Below, piece after piece: positions 9,386 through 19,175 of a stretch of DNA of 64,000 nt. Location of the stretch: positions 1,760,001-1,824,000 of the forward strand of contig OY762897.2 of assembly GCA_963666515.2 (NCBI GenBank), read 5' to 3'. This DNA comes from Candidatus Binatia bacterium (GTDB lineage Bacteria; Desulfobacterota; Binatia; UBA9968; JAJDTQ01). Position 1 is the stretch's first letter, and every line of letters begins with the position of its first letter. Under the pieces are notes generated by a model that worked only from the letters and a program-made list of their open reading frames with translations, was not told the origin of the DNA and did not search any database. A program made the translations under genes and the position numbers.

Positions 9386-10486
9386 CTAACCCCTGCTTCC
9401 CTGGTCCAGCGGCTCCAGCCGCACGGTGACGCCGTTCTTCTCCAACTCGCGGTTGTACTCCTCCCGGATGGAAGGGTCTTCCTTCTCGTAGCGGATCTTG
9501 AACGACTCGGCGAAGGGGTCGGTGTCCTGGGCGGTGCGGGCCGGATGGAAGCTCCGGCCGGAGCCGTAGCGCAACCCGGTGCCCCGGAACGCCAGCATCC
9601 GGTACCCGCCCTTGCCGCTGTTGAAGTGTTGGTGGAACTCGTTGGTGCGGGGCGCCACCACGGCGTAGGGAACGGTCGGGACCTTGCGGCGCTCCTTCTC
9701 CTGCCCCGGCATGAACATCAACTCGTAGCCTTCGCCGCCGATGACGATGACGTGGGCGCCGGCGCCGTGCCGGTGGGCCGTCACGTAAGTCCCCTCGGAC
9801 GCCTCCATGATGTGCATGCCGATGGAACAGCTCGCCATGGACAGGCGCATGATGGCCGTGCGGTTGCCGCGCTCGGGATAGGGGTCGAGTCTGAAGGTGC
9901 GGATGTCGGGGATGAAGTTGGTCTCGAAGAGCCGCAGATTCCACTGCCGGCCCTCGTCGGTGAAGAAGTCCGGCATGGACATGGAGAAGCGATCCGTGAA
10001 CGAATATGGGTTATTAAAGACGAAATCGAGATTATGATAGAGGTTTATGACGTGCGCCGCATTGGTGCCGAACAGCAGCCGGCAGGGCTCGTCCCCGGAG
10101 CTGTTGAACTCCTGGTGCCAGGCATTCAGCGGGATGGACAGCAGCGACCCCTCCTCCCATTCCACGGTGTGCTTCTTCTCACCCTCCTGCCAGATGACGG
10201 AGGCGCCGCGTCCCTGCATCACGTACATGATCGCGTCATAGATGTGGTGCTCAGGCTTCAACTCACCCTTGGGCGGGATCTCGACAATCTGGAGGCTGTT
10301 GGTCTCCTGCTCCCCGAGGCGTGTGTAGGCGGCCTTGCCGCCGCGCCGCTCCCACTCGCCCAACTCCAGGGTGTTGAGATTCTCCAACGCGCTGCCCTCG
10401 TAGAGCGGCACACCCTCCTGCTTCACGAATGCCTGGTAGGAGCTCTTGACGTACCACTGATCGAAACCGGGACGCGCATCCGACAT
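9386..10486 (-). CDS. Bicupin domain protein
   Basis: EIPPKGELKPEHHIYDAIMYVMQGRG and AHRHGAG...EFHQHFN; paralog of 1068-2192. Confidence 0.75.
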   Translation of the reverse strand: MSDARPGFDQWYVKSSYQAFVKQEGVPLYEGSALENLNTLELGEWERRGGKAAYTRLGEQETNSLQIVEIPPKGELKPEHHIYDAIMYVMQGRGASVIWQEGEKKHTVEWEEGSLLSIPLNAWHQEFNSSGDEPCRLLFGTNAAHVINLYHNLDFVFNNPYSFTDRFSMSMPDFFTDEGRQWNLRLFETNFIPDIRTFRLDPYPERGNRTAIMRLSMASCSIGMHIMEASEGTYVTAHRHGAGAHVIVIGGEGYELMFMPGQEKERRKVPTVPYAVVAPRTNEFHQHFNSGKGGYRMLAFRGTGLRYGSGRSFHPARTAQDTDPFAESFKIRYEKEDPSIREEYNRELEKNGVTVRLEPLDQGSRG

Positions 10487-10544
10487 CGCCTTTGCCTCCG
10501 TCCAGTTGCCTGCCTTGCTGCCTGCCTCGCGAGTCCGCGCGCCG

Positions 10545-11339
10545 TCAGCCGCTGTCCCGCTTGGAACGCACCGGCTTGCCAGCACGCACGTCCTGGGTGA
10601 ACTGCTCCGCGGCCTCCAGGAGCGCCACCGCCACCGGGCCGTAGTTGGAGCGGCGCCGGTCCAGCTCGTCCGCTGCCAGGCCGATGGTGGGATGGGTCAC
10701 GCCGATCTGGCCGTCACAGTGGTCCCCGGCGCCGAAGCCGGCGATAGTGGGCACCCGCACCTCCGCGGTGATCCGCTGCGCCAGTTCCGCGCTGATACCA
10801 GTGAGCAGGAGCGAGAACGATCCCGCCTTCACCAGTTCCCGGGCGTCACGCCACACCTGCTCCTCGTCCACCGAGCTGGAACGGAAATCGCCCGCGCCGA
10901 TGTTGGCCATGGGCGTGCTGCCCATGTGCGCCAGCACCGGAATGCCCGCCTTGACGAGGGCCGCCACCGTGGAGGCGTACTCGGCTCCCACCTCCAGCTT
11001 CACCGCCTGGACCCCGGCCTCCTGGATGAGCCGGCCGGCATTGACGACGGCCTGCTCGTCGTTCACCTGGTAGCTCATGAACGGCATGTCCCCCACCACC
11101 AGGGCCCGGTCGGAGCCGCGGGCAGCGGCCCGCGCCATTATGACCATCTCGTCCACGGTGACCTCGTTGCTGTCGTCGTGGCCGAGGGCGTACCGCCCGC
11201 CGCTGTCCCCCACCAGGATCACGTCCACGCCCGCCCGGTCGACGATGCGCGCCACGGTGTAGTCGTAAGCGGTCATGACGACGATCTTCTGCTTCTCCGC
11301 CTTCATCCGCTGCAAATCCACGATCGATACTCTGCTCAT
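10545..11339 (-). CDS. Ketopantoate hydroxymethyltransferase (PanB)-like protein, atypical
   Basis: MTAYDY, ILVGDS, VVGDMPFMSY, VKLE, CDGQ motifs. The catalytic Glu position reads LLLTGI. Confidence 0.8.
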   Translation of the reverse strand: MSRVSIVDLQRMKAEKQKIVVMTAYDYTVARIVDRAGVDVILVGDSGGRYALGHDDSNEVTVDEMVIMARAAARGSDRALVVGDMPFMSYQVNDEQAVVNAGRLIQEAGVQAVKLEVGAEYASTVAALVKAGIPVLAHMGSTPMANIGAGDFRSSSVDEEQVWRDARELVKAGSFSLLLTGISAELAQRITAEVRVPTIAGFGAGDHCDGQIGVTHPTIGLAADELDRRRSNYGPVAVALLEAAEQFTQDVRAGKPVRSKRDSG

Positions 11340-11378
11340 GTTCACCTCTCTGAATCCATCATTTCTCCCGCCCTGATC

Positions 11379-11479
11379 CGTCATTCCGGCGGAAGCCGGA
11401 ATCCAGGGGTGGGGCGAGACAATAGGGGCGTGATTTCCCGCACCACCCCGTCTGGATTCCGGCTTTCGCCGGAATGACG
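11379..11479. repeat. Long intergenic inverted repeat (dRS3/RPE-like palindromic element)
   Basis: CGTCATTCCGGCGGAAGCCGGAATCCAG ... CTGGATTCCGGCTTTCGCCGGAATGACG: 28-nt arms, 1 mismatch, each arm itself an ATTCC-N-GGAAT hairpin. Confidence 0.8.
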
Positions 11480-11501
11480 TTTTTGCGGCCTCAGTACCAT
11501 T

Positions 11502-12707
11502 TCAACATCCCACTTGGTGCGACATGTACACCTCGCGCCGTTCCTTCGCCGATTCCAGCACGCCCAGACACACCTCCAGGGTCGCCTCTCCCCAACGGCC
11601 GTCGTGGAACGGCTGGCGGTCGTGGAGGATGGCGTCGTGGAACTCGCGCAGTTCCGCCTCCCGGCCGCGGGCACCCTGCTCCACCGGTATCTCGCGGCGG
11701 CCGTGGTCGTCATAGATGTAGAGGCCGTCTCGGGATTGGCGGATCTCGCCCTTCTCGCAGGTCACCACGGTGAGGCCGAAGAACGGTTGGTGGCGCGGTC
11801 CGGCTTCGGACTCGGTCCCCGGCCCGCCGCCGGCGGCGCCATAGCGCCACGCCTCCAGCTTTCGCTCCAGTCCGTCGCTGCGCTCGGCCCCCTCGCCGAG
11901 GCTACGGAAGAACGCCCTCGCCTTGGGGTGCCTGTCGGGGTCCTTGGGAAGGCCACCCTCGCCGAGCCCCCATACCAACTCGGCGGTGTCGAAATAGGCA
12001 TAGCCGCTGTACACCAGGCTCGCGGGCACGCCGTCTTCGAACTCCAGGTGACAGGCGTAGTGTCCCTCGCCTGGACGCGTGGGGTCGCCAATCCCCGCCG
12101 TGGCCCGGACGCTGCGCACGAGCCCGCCCCCGATCAGCCGCACGATGTCGAACTGATGCGGCCCCTGGTTCAGCACGACGCCGCGGCTCATGCGGATGTC
12201 GTGGTCGGAGAAAGGCCGGTACATGTGGTCCTTGTAGTAGGCGGTGGAGATCATCAACAGCTTCCCCAACTCGCCGCCGGCCACGACCTCCGCCATCTTC
12301 CGCACCGGCGGATCGAAGCTGTGGGTGTGGCCCGACATGAGCTTGACCCCGTGCCGGTCGGCCGCGGCGTTCATGGCCTCGGCCTCGTCCAGCGACAGCG
12401 CCATGGGCTTCTCGACGATCACGTGCTTGCCCCGCTCCATGGCGGCGATGGAGTGCTCGGCGTGGTACTCGTGGGGCGTGGCGACGTAGACGGCGTCCAC
12501 ATCCTCCCTGTCGCACAGTTTTTGCACCGAGTCGAACGTCCGCGCGCCGAACTCCCGTGCAAACCTGTCCAGGGCTTGCCTGCGAAGGTCGGCGGCGCCT
12601 GTGAGCCGCACGAAAGGCAACGGCGCTATCTCCGGCAGGATACGGGCCGCGGCCATGCCGAGGCCGGCGATTCCGAGCCGCAGCCTGGTGTCCGCGCCTT
12701 CGCTCAT
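11502..12707 (-). CDS. Gfo/Idh/MocA oxidoreductase, phthalate dihydrodiol dehydrogenase-like (paralog 2)
   Basis: LRLGIAGLG, VEKP, GHTHSFD, HQPFFG. Confidence 0.85.
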   Translation of the reverse strand: MSEGADTRLRLGIAGLGMAAARILPEIAPLPFVRLTGAADLRRQALDRFAREFGARTFDSVQKLCDREDVDAVYVATPHEYHAEHSIAAMERGKHVIVEKPMALSLDEAEAMNAAADRHGVKLMSGHTHSFDPPVRKMAEVVAGGELGKLLMISTAYYKDHMYRPFSDHDIRMSRGVVLNQGPHQFDIVRLIGGGLVRSVRATAGIGDPTRPGEGHYACHLEFEDGVPASLVYSGYAYFDTAELVWGLGEGGLPKDPDRHPKARAFFRSLGEGAERSDGLERKLEAWRYGAAGGGPGTESEAGPRHQPFFGLTVVTCEKGEIRQSRDGLYIYDDHGRREIPVEQGARGREAELREFHDAILHDRQPFHDGRWGEATLEVCLGVLESAKERREVYMSHQVGC

Positions 12708-14002
12708 GGAGTCGCCAGGGTCTGCCAGCCCCGCCCTTCGGCCACGAGGTGCTCCAGGTAGTCCTGCCATGGCGTGGCGCTCGGGATCACGCCGTAGGTC
12801 GCCACGATCTCGGGGAAGCGGTTGGCCTCGGGGTCCCGGACCACATGGGGCGGATCGTTGCCGTCCTCAACGTCCTTGATGGCCTTGATCAGCACCTTGC
12901 GCGACGCCACGATGGGGATGTCCGACTCCACCAAGTGCTCGTTGGTCCGATCCTGCACCAGCCCGGCCCCCTCCACCACGCACAGGTCCTGGATCGGGTT
13001 GGGGTAGTCGATGCCGCTGTAGACTCGGTCCTGCATGAGGCTCCGGTCCTGACCGTAGCGGTTGGCCTTGCTCGCCATCGGCCGGTAGTCCGGCGCCGGC
13101 GCCCACTGGCTGGCGCGCATGGTGGCGGCCTCCCTGTCCAGCGCCTTCTCGCGGCTGAAGGTGATGACGTACTTCCAGTGGTGGGTGTCGTCGATGGGCA
13201 CGTGCCAGTTGATGGCGCCGCCGGGAATGACCGTCATGCTCGGCAGCACGAAGGTGGCGGCGCGGATGTAGTTCCGTTCGTCATCCATGCGCCGCACCTT
13301 GCAGATGCGGATGCCCAGGTCCAGGAGCTGGGCGTGGGTCCGCTCCGTGCCGGGCGACGGCCCGCGCCCGTTGACCCGTTCCACGTCGCCGAACCGGTCC
13401 CGTATCTTCCGCACCTCCTCCTCGCTCATGGCGGAAAGGTCGCGCTTCACGAAGTGCAGATAGTTGTTGTGGAAGATGTCGATGTTGCCCTCGTTGCCCT
13501 GGAGGTAGTTGCACTCGCTGTAGAGCTTGGTGGGCGCCACCTGATCGTCCGGCACCGTCAGCCAGTCGTAGGCGGGCAACAGCGGCGGCTCGCCGGGGCC
13601 CGTGTACGCGAAGATGATCCCGCTCTTCTCGCGGCACGGGTAGGCGGGCTGGCGGATGGCATCGCGGTGCTCGCCGCCGTTGGGTTCTCCAGGCTGGTCC
13701 AGGCAGCGCCCTTCGATGTCGTAGAGCCAGCCGTGATAGATGCAGCGGAGGCCGCCGTCCTCCAGGCGGCCATAGCTCAGGTCCGCGCCACGGTGGGCGC
13801 AGTGGATGCCGAGCAATCCCGGCCTGCCCCGGTCATCCCGGAACATGACGAGGTCCTCGCCCAGGAGCCTCACGGGGAGCGGCGGGCCGCCGGGCGGAAG
13901 CTCCTCGGAGAGCGCCGCCGGCTGCCAGTAGCGGCGCATAAGCTCGCCGCAGGGTGTGCCGCGGTCGGTCCGGGTCAGTAGTTCATTCTCGCCGCTGTCC
14001 AT
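12704..14002 (-). CDS. Rieske non-heme iron oxygenase (paralog 2)
   Basis: CAHRG...CIYHGW; EGNIDIFHNNYLH; IQD. Start at MDSGENELLT. Confidence 0.9.
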   Translation of the reverse strand: MDSGENELLTRTDRGTPCGELMRRYWQPAALSEELPPGGPPLPVRLLGEDLVMFRDDRGRPGLLGIHCAHRGADLSYGRLEDGGLRCIYHGWLYDIEGRCLDQPGEPNGGEHRDAIRQPAYPCREKSGIIFAYTGPGEPPLLPAYDWLTVPDDQVAPTKLYSECNYLQGNEGNIDIFHNNYLHFVKRDLSAMSEEEVRKIRDRFGDVERVNGRGPSPGTERTHAQLLDLGIRICKVRRMDDERNYIRAATFVLPSMTVIPGGAINWHVPIDDTHHWKYVITFSREKALDREAATMRASQWAPAPDYRPMASKANRYGQDRSLMQDRVYSGIDYPNPIQDLCVVEGAGLVQDRTNEHLVESDIPIVASRKVLIKAIKDVEDGNDPPHVVRDPEANRFPEIVATYGVIPSATPWQDYLEHLVAEGRGWQTLATP

Positions 14003-14034
14003 AGCCTGCTCCTGCCGGTGGACGGTTCCCCGGT

Positions 14035-15504
14035 TCAACGCGATAGCAGATGGCCCCACTTGGCGCGGATCTTCTGCCGCAGCTCCGGGCCGTTGACGCA
14101 CACGGGCGGGAACGCATCGATCCAGTCGTAGGGACGGCACGCGTCGATGACGAGGTTGTGCGCCGTGTAGGAGGCGCGGCCGTGGGCCGCGTCGGGGTTC
14201 GAGCGCTCCTCCGGTGGTATGCGCGGGTCCAGTTGCCAGACCGCGGTGCCGGGAATGACCTGCACGCCCTCCTCGGGGCGGCACCGGCTGGCCACCGCCC
14301 ACAGCACCTCCTTCGCATCGGTGACGTCGATGTCATCGTCCACGATGATCCAGGTCTGGTGCCCGTTGTAGCGGTCGCCGCCAGGCACGAGCACCCTGAT
14401 CACGTCGCGGACGTGGTCTCGGTACATCTGCTCCACGGCGACGGCGTAGAGGTGCGGCCGCGCCAGGGCCACGATCCGGCCGATACCGGGTATGCCGGCC
14501 TTCTCCAGGCGCTGCTTCGCCTCGAGGTTGTCGCCCCCGAGACTGGCGAAGTAGTCGCACCCCACCGGCCGCGTGGGCGAGGCGCCGAAGATGATGGGGT
14601 CGTTACGGTGATAGACCGCATGCACCTCGATACGCGTCTCGGGCCGGCGGCCGTGGGCGTAGTAGCCGGTCCACTCGCCGAACGGCCCCTCGGGCAGGAG
14701 GCCTCCGTCGGCATCGTCCGGGGACGGGATGAAGCCCTCGATGACTATCTCCGCGGCGGCCGGCATGGGCAGCCCGGTAACGGCGCCCGGTATGACCGGA
14801 TAGGGGCTGCCGTGCAGGTAGCCGGCCACCTCGAACTCCGACACCCCCTCCGGGGTGCGGTAGACGCTCGACGAGCCCAGCGCGGTCAGCACCGGCTCCT
14901 GGCCCACGGAGATGAGCACCGGGCACTTCTCGCCCCGGTCCCAGTACTTGCGGCGGATCACGTCGCCGTGCTTCCCGTGCTCGGTGAAGATGGTGCATGT
15001 GGACTTGTCGTGGACCGCCACGCGGTAGGCGCCGGAGTTGACGAATCCGCTGTCAGGGTCTTTCTGGATGACGCAGACGCCGGTGCCGATGTAGCGGCCG
15101 CCGTCGTTCTCGTGCCACTTGGGCGTGGGGAACTTGAAGAGGTCCACCGCGTCCCCGGTCATCACGTTCTCGAGGACGGGTCCGCCGGAGACTTCCTCGG
15201 GCGGCGTCGCCCGAAAGTCCTTGAGCTTCCGGGCAAAACGCTCCGCCACTCCGTCGATGGAAGGCTCCAGCGCGATGCCCAAGGCAGTGGCCGTGCGCTT
15301 GGGGGTGTTGAACAGGTTGACCGCGACCCGGTAGCCCTTGGGGTAGTCCCGGATCTCGTCGAACAGGAGCGCCGGCCCCCGCTGCTCGGTGACCAGCTCG
15401 GCGATGCCGCCGATCTCCTCCTGCCAGTCGCACCCCAGCACCGTTTCCAATTCGCCCAGCTCATCCAGCCTGTGCAGGTACTCCCGAAGATCGTTCCAGA
15501 GCAT
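14035..15504 (-). CDS. UbiD family decarboxylase
   Basis: MLWNDLREYL, NSGAYR, EGPFGEWTGYY, IVDDDIDV. Confidence 0.9.
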   Translation of the reverse strand: MLWNDLREYLHRLDELGELETVLGCDWQEEIGGIAELVTEQRGPALLFDEIRDYPKGYRVAVNLFNTPKRTATALGIALEPSIDGVAERFARKLKDFRATPPEEVSGGPVLENVMTGDAVDLFKFPTPKWHENDGGRYIGTGVCVIQKDPDSGFVNSGAYRVAVHDKSTCTIFTEHGKHGDVIRRKYWDRGEKCPVLISVGQEPVLTALGSSSVYRTPEGVSEFEVAGYLHGSPYPVIPGAVTGLPMPAAAEIVIEGFIPSPDDADGGLLPEGPFGEWTGYYAHGRRPETRIEVHAVYHRNDPIIFGASPTRPVGCDYFASLGGDNLEAKQRLEKAGIPGIGRIVALARPHLYAVAVEQMYRDHVRDVIRVLVPGGDRYNGHQTWIIVDDDIDVTDAKEVLWAVASRCRPEEGVQVIPGTAVWQLDPRIPPEERSNPDAAHGRASYTAHNLVIDACRPYDWIDAFPPVCVNGPELRQKIRAKWGHLLSR

Positions 15505-15684
15505 GATCCGCCTTTCGCAGGCCCATTGAGGCAGCCCACGATTACTAAATGCCTTCCAAGGGTGTCAAGAACGGCCAACGGAGGGTTTGCCGGTCCTTGA
15601 CAGCGCCGAAACGACTGTGGTCTAAGGGGCTGCGTTTCGAGCGAAACATCTCGTGCAAACCAATTGAGTAGAGGGGAGGGTAAC

Positions 15685-16089
15685 GTGAAGAAGACGTTCT
15701 TATCGATACTTGCTGTTCTGTTTCTGTTCTCCCTGATGGCCGCCGGAAGCGCCGATGCCCAGGACAAGAAGAAAAAGGGCAAGAGCACCAAGGAGATGGA
15801 GCTGGTCATCAGCGGCGTAGGACCCGCGACCATCGAGTACCAGTACCAGCGCGGGGGCAAGGGCAGGATCCGGAAGGCCTACATCGGCGTCGGCGACGAC
15901 ACCAGGATCCAGAAGAAAAAGGGCGACGCTTGGCAGGATATCAGCGTGGCCGACCTGAAGAAGCGGGACAAGGTCACGGTGAAGGTCGAACGCGATCCCG
16001 AGGAGCCCGGCCTGCTGGCCCTTACCGTGCGCGTGACCGGCAAGGGCGAGCTGCTGTCCGACAAAAAGAAGAAGAAAAAGAAGAAGTAG
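15685..16089 (+). CDS. Small secreted Lys-rich hypothetical protein (possible OB-fold)
   Basis: GTG start after GGAGG; signal peptide ending ADA; DLKKRDKVTV motif; poly-Lys tail. Confidence 0.65.
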   Translation: MKKTFLSILAVLFLFSLMAAGSADAQDKKKKGKSTKEMELVISGVGPATIEYQYQRGGKGRIRKAYIGVGDDTRIQKKKGDAWQDISVADLKKRDKVTVKVERDPEEPGLLALTVRVTGKGELLSDKKKKKKKK

Positions 16090-16116
16090 ACGAGCCGGAC
16101 GACTCGAAGGAGGAAC

Positions 16117-17280
16117 ATGGTTATGAGCCCGAGAAATGGATTAGGCGGCCCGGCCGTCCGATACGTTCGTTCTGGCGTGCTCGCACTCTTTGGCGTCCTG
16201 GCTCTCGCCTCCTACGGCTTGGCGGCGGACGCCGGCGCGAAGTGGGAAAAGACCCTGGCGGCGGCGCAGGCCGAAGGACAGGTGAACATCTACGGCGGCG
16301 ACGAGATCACCCATCACGAGATCCTCGGCGCCTTTCAGAAGCGCTATCCCAAGATCAAGGTGGTCAGCGTGTCTGGCCACTCCGAGCTGATTCAGCGCAT
16401 GATCGCGGAGCGCAGGGCGAAGAAGTACCTGGTGGACCTCTTCTCCTACGGCCCCAACGCGGCGCGGACGGCATACATCCTGGACTACCTGGCGCCCGTC
16501 AAGCCCCTGCTCATGCTCCCCGAGGTGACCGACCAGTCCAAATGGTACAAGGGACAGCACTTCTACCGCGACCCGGACGGCAAGTACATCTTCCTCTACG
16601 AGGGCACCCCGGGCACCGCCAGCATGGCGTACAACAGCAAGCTCCTGACGAGCCTCAAGGGGATCGACTCCTTCTGGGACATCCTCGACCCCAAGTGGAA
16701 GGGCAAGCTCGGCTTCTACAGCTACGGCCGCGGGGGCTCGGTGCCCACGCCCATGCTACAGCTCTACTACAACCCCGACGTGGGTCCCAAGTTCCTGGAA
16801 CGGCTGTTCACCAAGATGGACCTCACCATCTCCCGCGACCGCCGGCAGGCCACCAACTGGCTCGCCCGCGGCAAGTATCCCCTGTGCTTCATGTGCCGCG
16901 ACGTCGAGAAGGCGCAGAAACAGGGGCTTCCGGTCAAGACCTACCCGGCCGAGAACATCAAGGAAGCCGGCGCCATGGGCAGCGGCAACAGCAGCGTGCT
17001 GGCGCACCTGAAGGGCGCGCCCCACCCCAACGCGGCCGCGGTCTTCGCCAACTGGTTCCTGTCCCGGGAAGGCCAGTCCACCTGGCAACGGGTGATGAAC
17101 CAGGTGGTGGTGGAGCCCTCCAACTCCATGCGCACGGACATCTCCAAGGACGACGTGCTCACCGACGGCAAGCGCGTGGAGGGGAAGAAGTACCCGATGC
17201 TGGGGTTCCTGGACCCCCGGCCGGTGAGCAAGTTCTACTGGAAGCTGGTCAAGGAGGCGACCAAGAGACAGAAGAAGTAA
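16117..17280 (+). CDS. ABC transporter substrate-binding protein (Fe3+/thiamine/SBP_bac_6-like)
   Basis: Signal peptide, AAQAEGQVNIY, DILDPKWKGK, APHPNAAAVFANWFLSREGQ. Confidence 0.85.
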   Translation: MVMSPRNGLGGPAVRYVRSGVLALFGVLALASYGLAADAGAKWEKTLAAAQAEGQVNIYGGDEITHHEILGAFQKRYPKIKVVSVSGHSELIQRMIAERRAKKYLVDLFSYGPNAARTAYILDYLAPVKPLLMLPEVTDQSKWYKGQHFYRDPDGKYIFLYEGTPGTASMAYNSKLLTSLKGIDSFWDILDPKWKGKLGFYSYGRGGSVPTPMLQLYYNPDVGPKFLERLFTKMDLTISRDRRQATNWLARGKYPLCFMCRDVEKAQKQGLPVKTYPAENIKEAGAMGSGNSSVLAHLKGAPHPNAAAVFANWFLSREGQSTWQRVMNQVVVEPSNSMRTDISKDDVLTDGKRVEGKKYPMLGFLDPRPVSKFYWKLVKEATKRQKK

Positions 17281-17339
17281 CAGCCGGGGACAACCTGCGC
17301 ATATACCGACGCCCTTGAACCCGCGAGCCCGAGCGCGCC

Positions 17340-19067
17340 ATGCCCCAGCCCGATAGCCCGGCTGCGCCTGCGGCGCCGCGCGCCCGCATCACGGCGCTCA
17401 ACTGGGGCCTCTACCTGATGATCGTGCTCATCGGGTTCATGGGCTTCTACATCCTCTACCCGCTCGCCCTCATCCTCATCAACAGCTTCAACGTCGCCAC
17501 CATCGGCGAGCCCACCCGGTGGGGCTTCGGCGCCTGGACCGAGGCATTCACCGAATACGGCGCCGGCGAGGCGCTGTGGAACACCATCCACCTGACCGTG
17601 GTGCGCCAAGCCATCGTCTTCCCGCTGGGCGTCTTCCTGGCGTGGGTCCTGTCCCGCACCAACATCCCCTTCGCCCGCGGCTTCGAGTTCCTCTTCTGGA
17701 TCTCCTTCATGCTGCCCAGCGTGGCCTCGACTTACGGCTGGATGCTGCTGCTGGATCCGGACTACGGGCTGGTCAACACCTGGTTCGATAATCTCCTGGG
17801 GGTGATGCCCTTCGACATCTATTCTTTCTGGGGCATCGTGTGGGTCCATACCGTCGCCGGCCTCGACACCAAGGTCATGCTCCTGACTCCGGCCTTCCGC
17901 AGGATGGACGCCGCAATGGAGGAGGCGAGCCTTTTGTGCGGCGCCGGCACGCTGCGGACCATGTTCCGGGTGACCCTCCCGGTGATGACGCCGATCCTGG
18001 TGGTGGTGCTGCTGCTGAGCTTGGTGCGGCTGTTCGAGTCCTTCGAGACCGAGTTGCTGCTGGGGACCCCCTGGGGCTTCTTCGTCTACTCCACCATGAT
18101 CGTGGACCTGGCCCGGCAGGACCCGCCCCTCACCAACCAGGCCGCGGCCTTGGGGAGCATCATCCTGGTGTTCCTGGCGGTGTTCATCCCGCTGCAGCGC
18201 AAGCTCATCGGCGCGCGCCAGTTCACCACCGTCACGAGCCACTTCAAAGCGAAGCTCATCGACATGGGTCCCTGGAAGTACCTGGCGGCCGCGGGCATAG
18301 GCGCGATCTGCTTCCTGGCGGTAGGTGTCCCCATCCTGAGCGCCCTGGGCGGCAGCCTGATGGTCCGCTTCGGGTTCTTCGACCTGCCCCAGACCTGGAC
18401 CCTGGAGTACTGGCGCGTCGCCCTGAACGACCCGCGGCTCATGCTGGCGCTCCAGAACACCCTGATCATCGCCGTGGTCTCGGCGGTAGTCGGGCCGATC
18501 CTCTTTTCCCTCATCGCCTACATCATCGTCCGCACGCGACTGCCGGGAAGGAGTGTCCTGGACTCCATCTGCTGGCTTCCCTCGGCGGTGCCCGGGGTCC
18601 TCGCCGGATTGGGACTGTTGTGGATGTTCCTGGGCACGCCGTTCTTCCGCCCGCTCTACGGCACCCTGTTCCTGCTCATCATCGCCTCCATGATGGGAGG
18701 CATCACCCTGGCCACCCAGGTCCTCAAAGCCAACTTCATCCAGCTCGGCAAGGAGCTGGAGGAGGCGTCCCTCACCTCAGGCGCCGGCTTCTGGGGCACC
18801 TACTTCCGCATCGTGCTGCCGCTCATGGGACAGACCATGGCCCTCATTGCCGTGCTCAAGTTCCTCTTCGCCGCCCGCACCGCCTCCAGCGTCATCCTGC
18901 TGGCCACCTCCGAAACTCGCACCCTCGCCCTCCTGGCCCTGGACCAGATCGCCGGCGGCTACCGTGAGCCCGCCAGCATCACGGTGCTGTTCATCGTGCT
19001 GCTCACCACGGGCGTGGCGCTGGTGGCGCGGTCGTTCGGACTCAAGGTGGGGATTCAGGGGGCGTGA
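17340..19067 (+). CDS. FbpB-like ABC transporter permease (two BPD_transp_1 modules)
   Basis: Multiple TM helices; two EAA loops (MEEASLLCGA, LEEASLTSGA). Confidence 0.9.
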   Translation: MPQPDSPAAPAAPRARITALNWGLYLMIVLIGFMGFYILYPLALILINSFNVATIGEPTRWGFGAWTEAFTEYGAGEALWNTIHLTVVRQAIVFPLGVFLAWVLSRTNIPFARGFEFLFWISFMLPSVASTYGWMLLLDPDYGLVNTWFDNLLGVMPFDIYSFWGIVWVHTVAGLDTKVMLLTPAFRRMDAAMEEASLLCGAGTLRTMFRVTLPVMTPILVVVLLLSLVRLFESFETELLLGTPWGFFVYSTMIVDLARQDPPLTNQAAALGSIILVFLAVFIPLQRKLIGARQFTTVTSHFKAKLIDMGPWKYLAAAGIGAICFLAVGVPILSALGGSLMVRFGFFDLPQTWTLEYWRVALNDPRLMLALQNTLIIAVVSAVVGPILFSLIAYIIVRTRLPGRSVLDSICWLPSAVPGVLAGLGLLWMFLGTPFFRPLYGTLFLLIIASMMGGITLATQVLKANFIQLGKELEEASLTSGAGFWGTYFRIVLPLMGQTMALIAVLKFLFAARTASSVILLATSETRTLALLALDQIAGGYREPASITVLFIVLLTTGVALVARSFGLKVGIQGA

Positions 19068-19139
19068 AGCTGAGCCCACCAGCTTGACTCATGACTCGTC
19101 CCTATTCTGGCCGACACTTTGACGGGCCTTCGACGTTGA

Positions 19140-19152
19140 TCCCAATATGGGA
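19140..19152. promoter_or_regulatory. Palindrome TCCCA-ATA-TGGGA, candidate HigA-type operator
   Basis: Inverted repeat just upstream of the higA remnant. Confidence 0.4.
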
Positions 19153-19175
19153 CCTTGCTATGGGAGGATGGAGCC

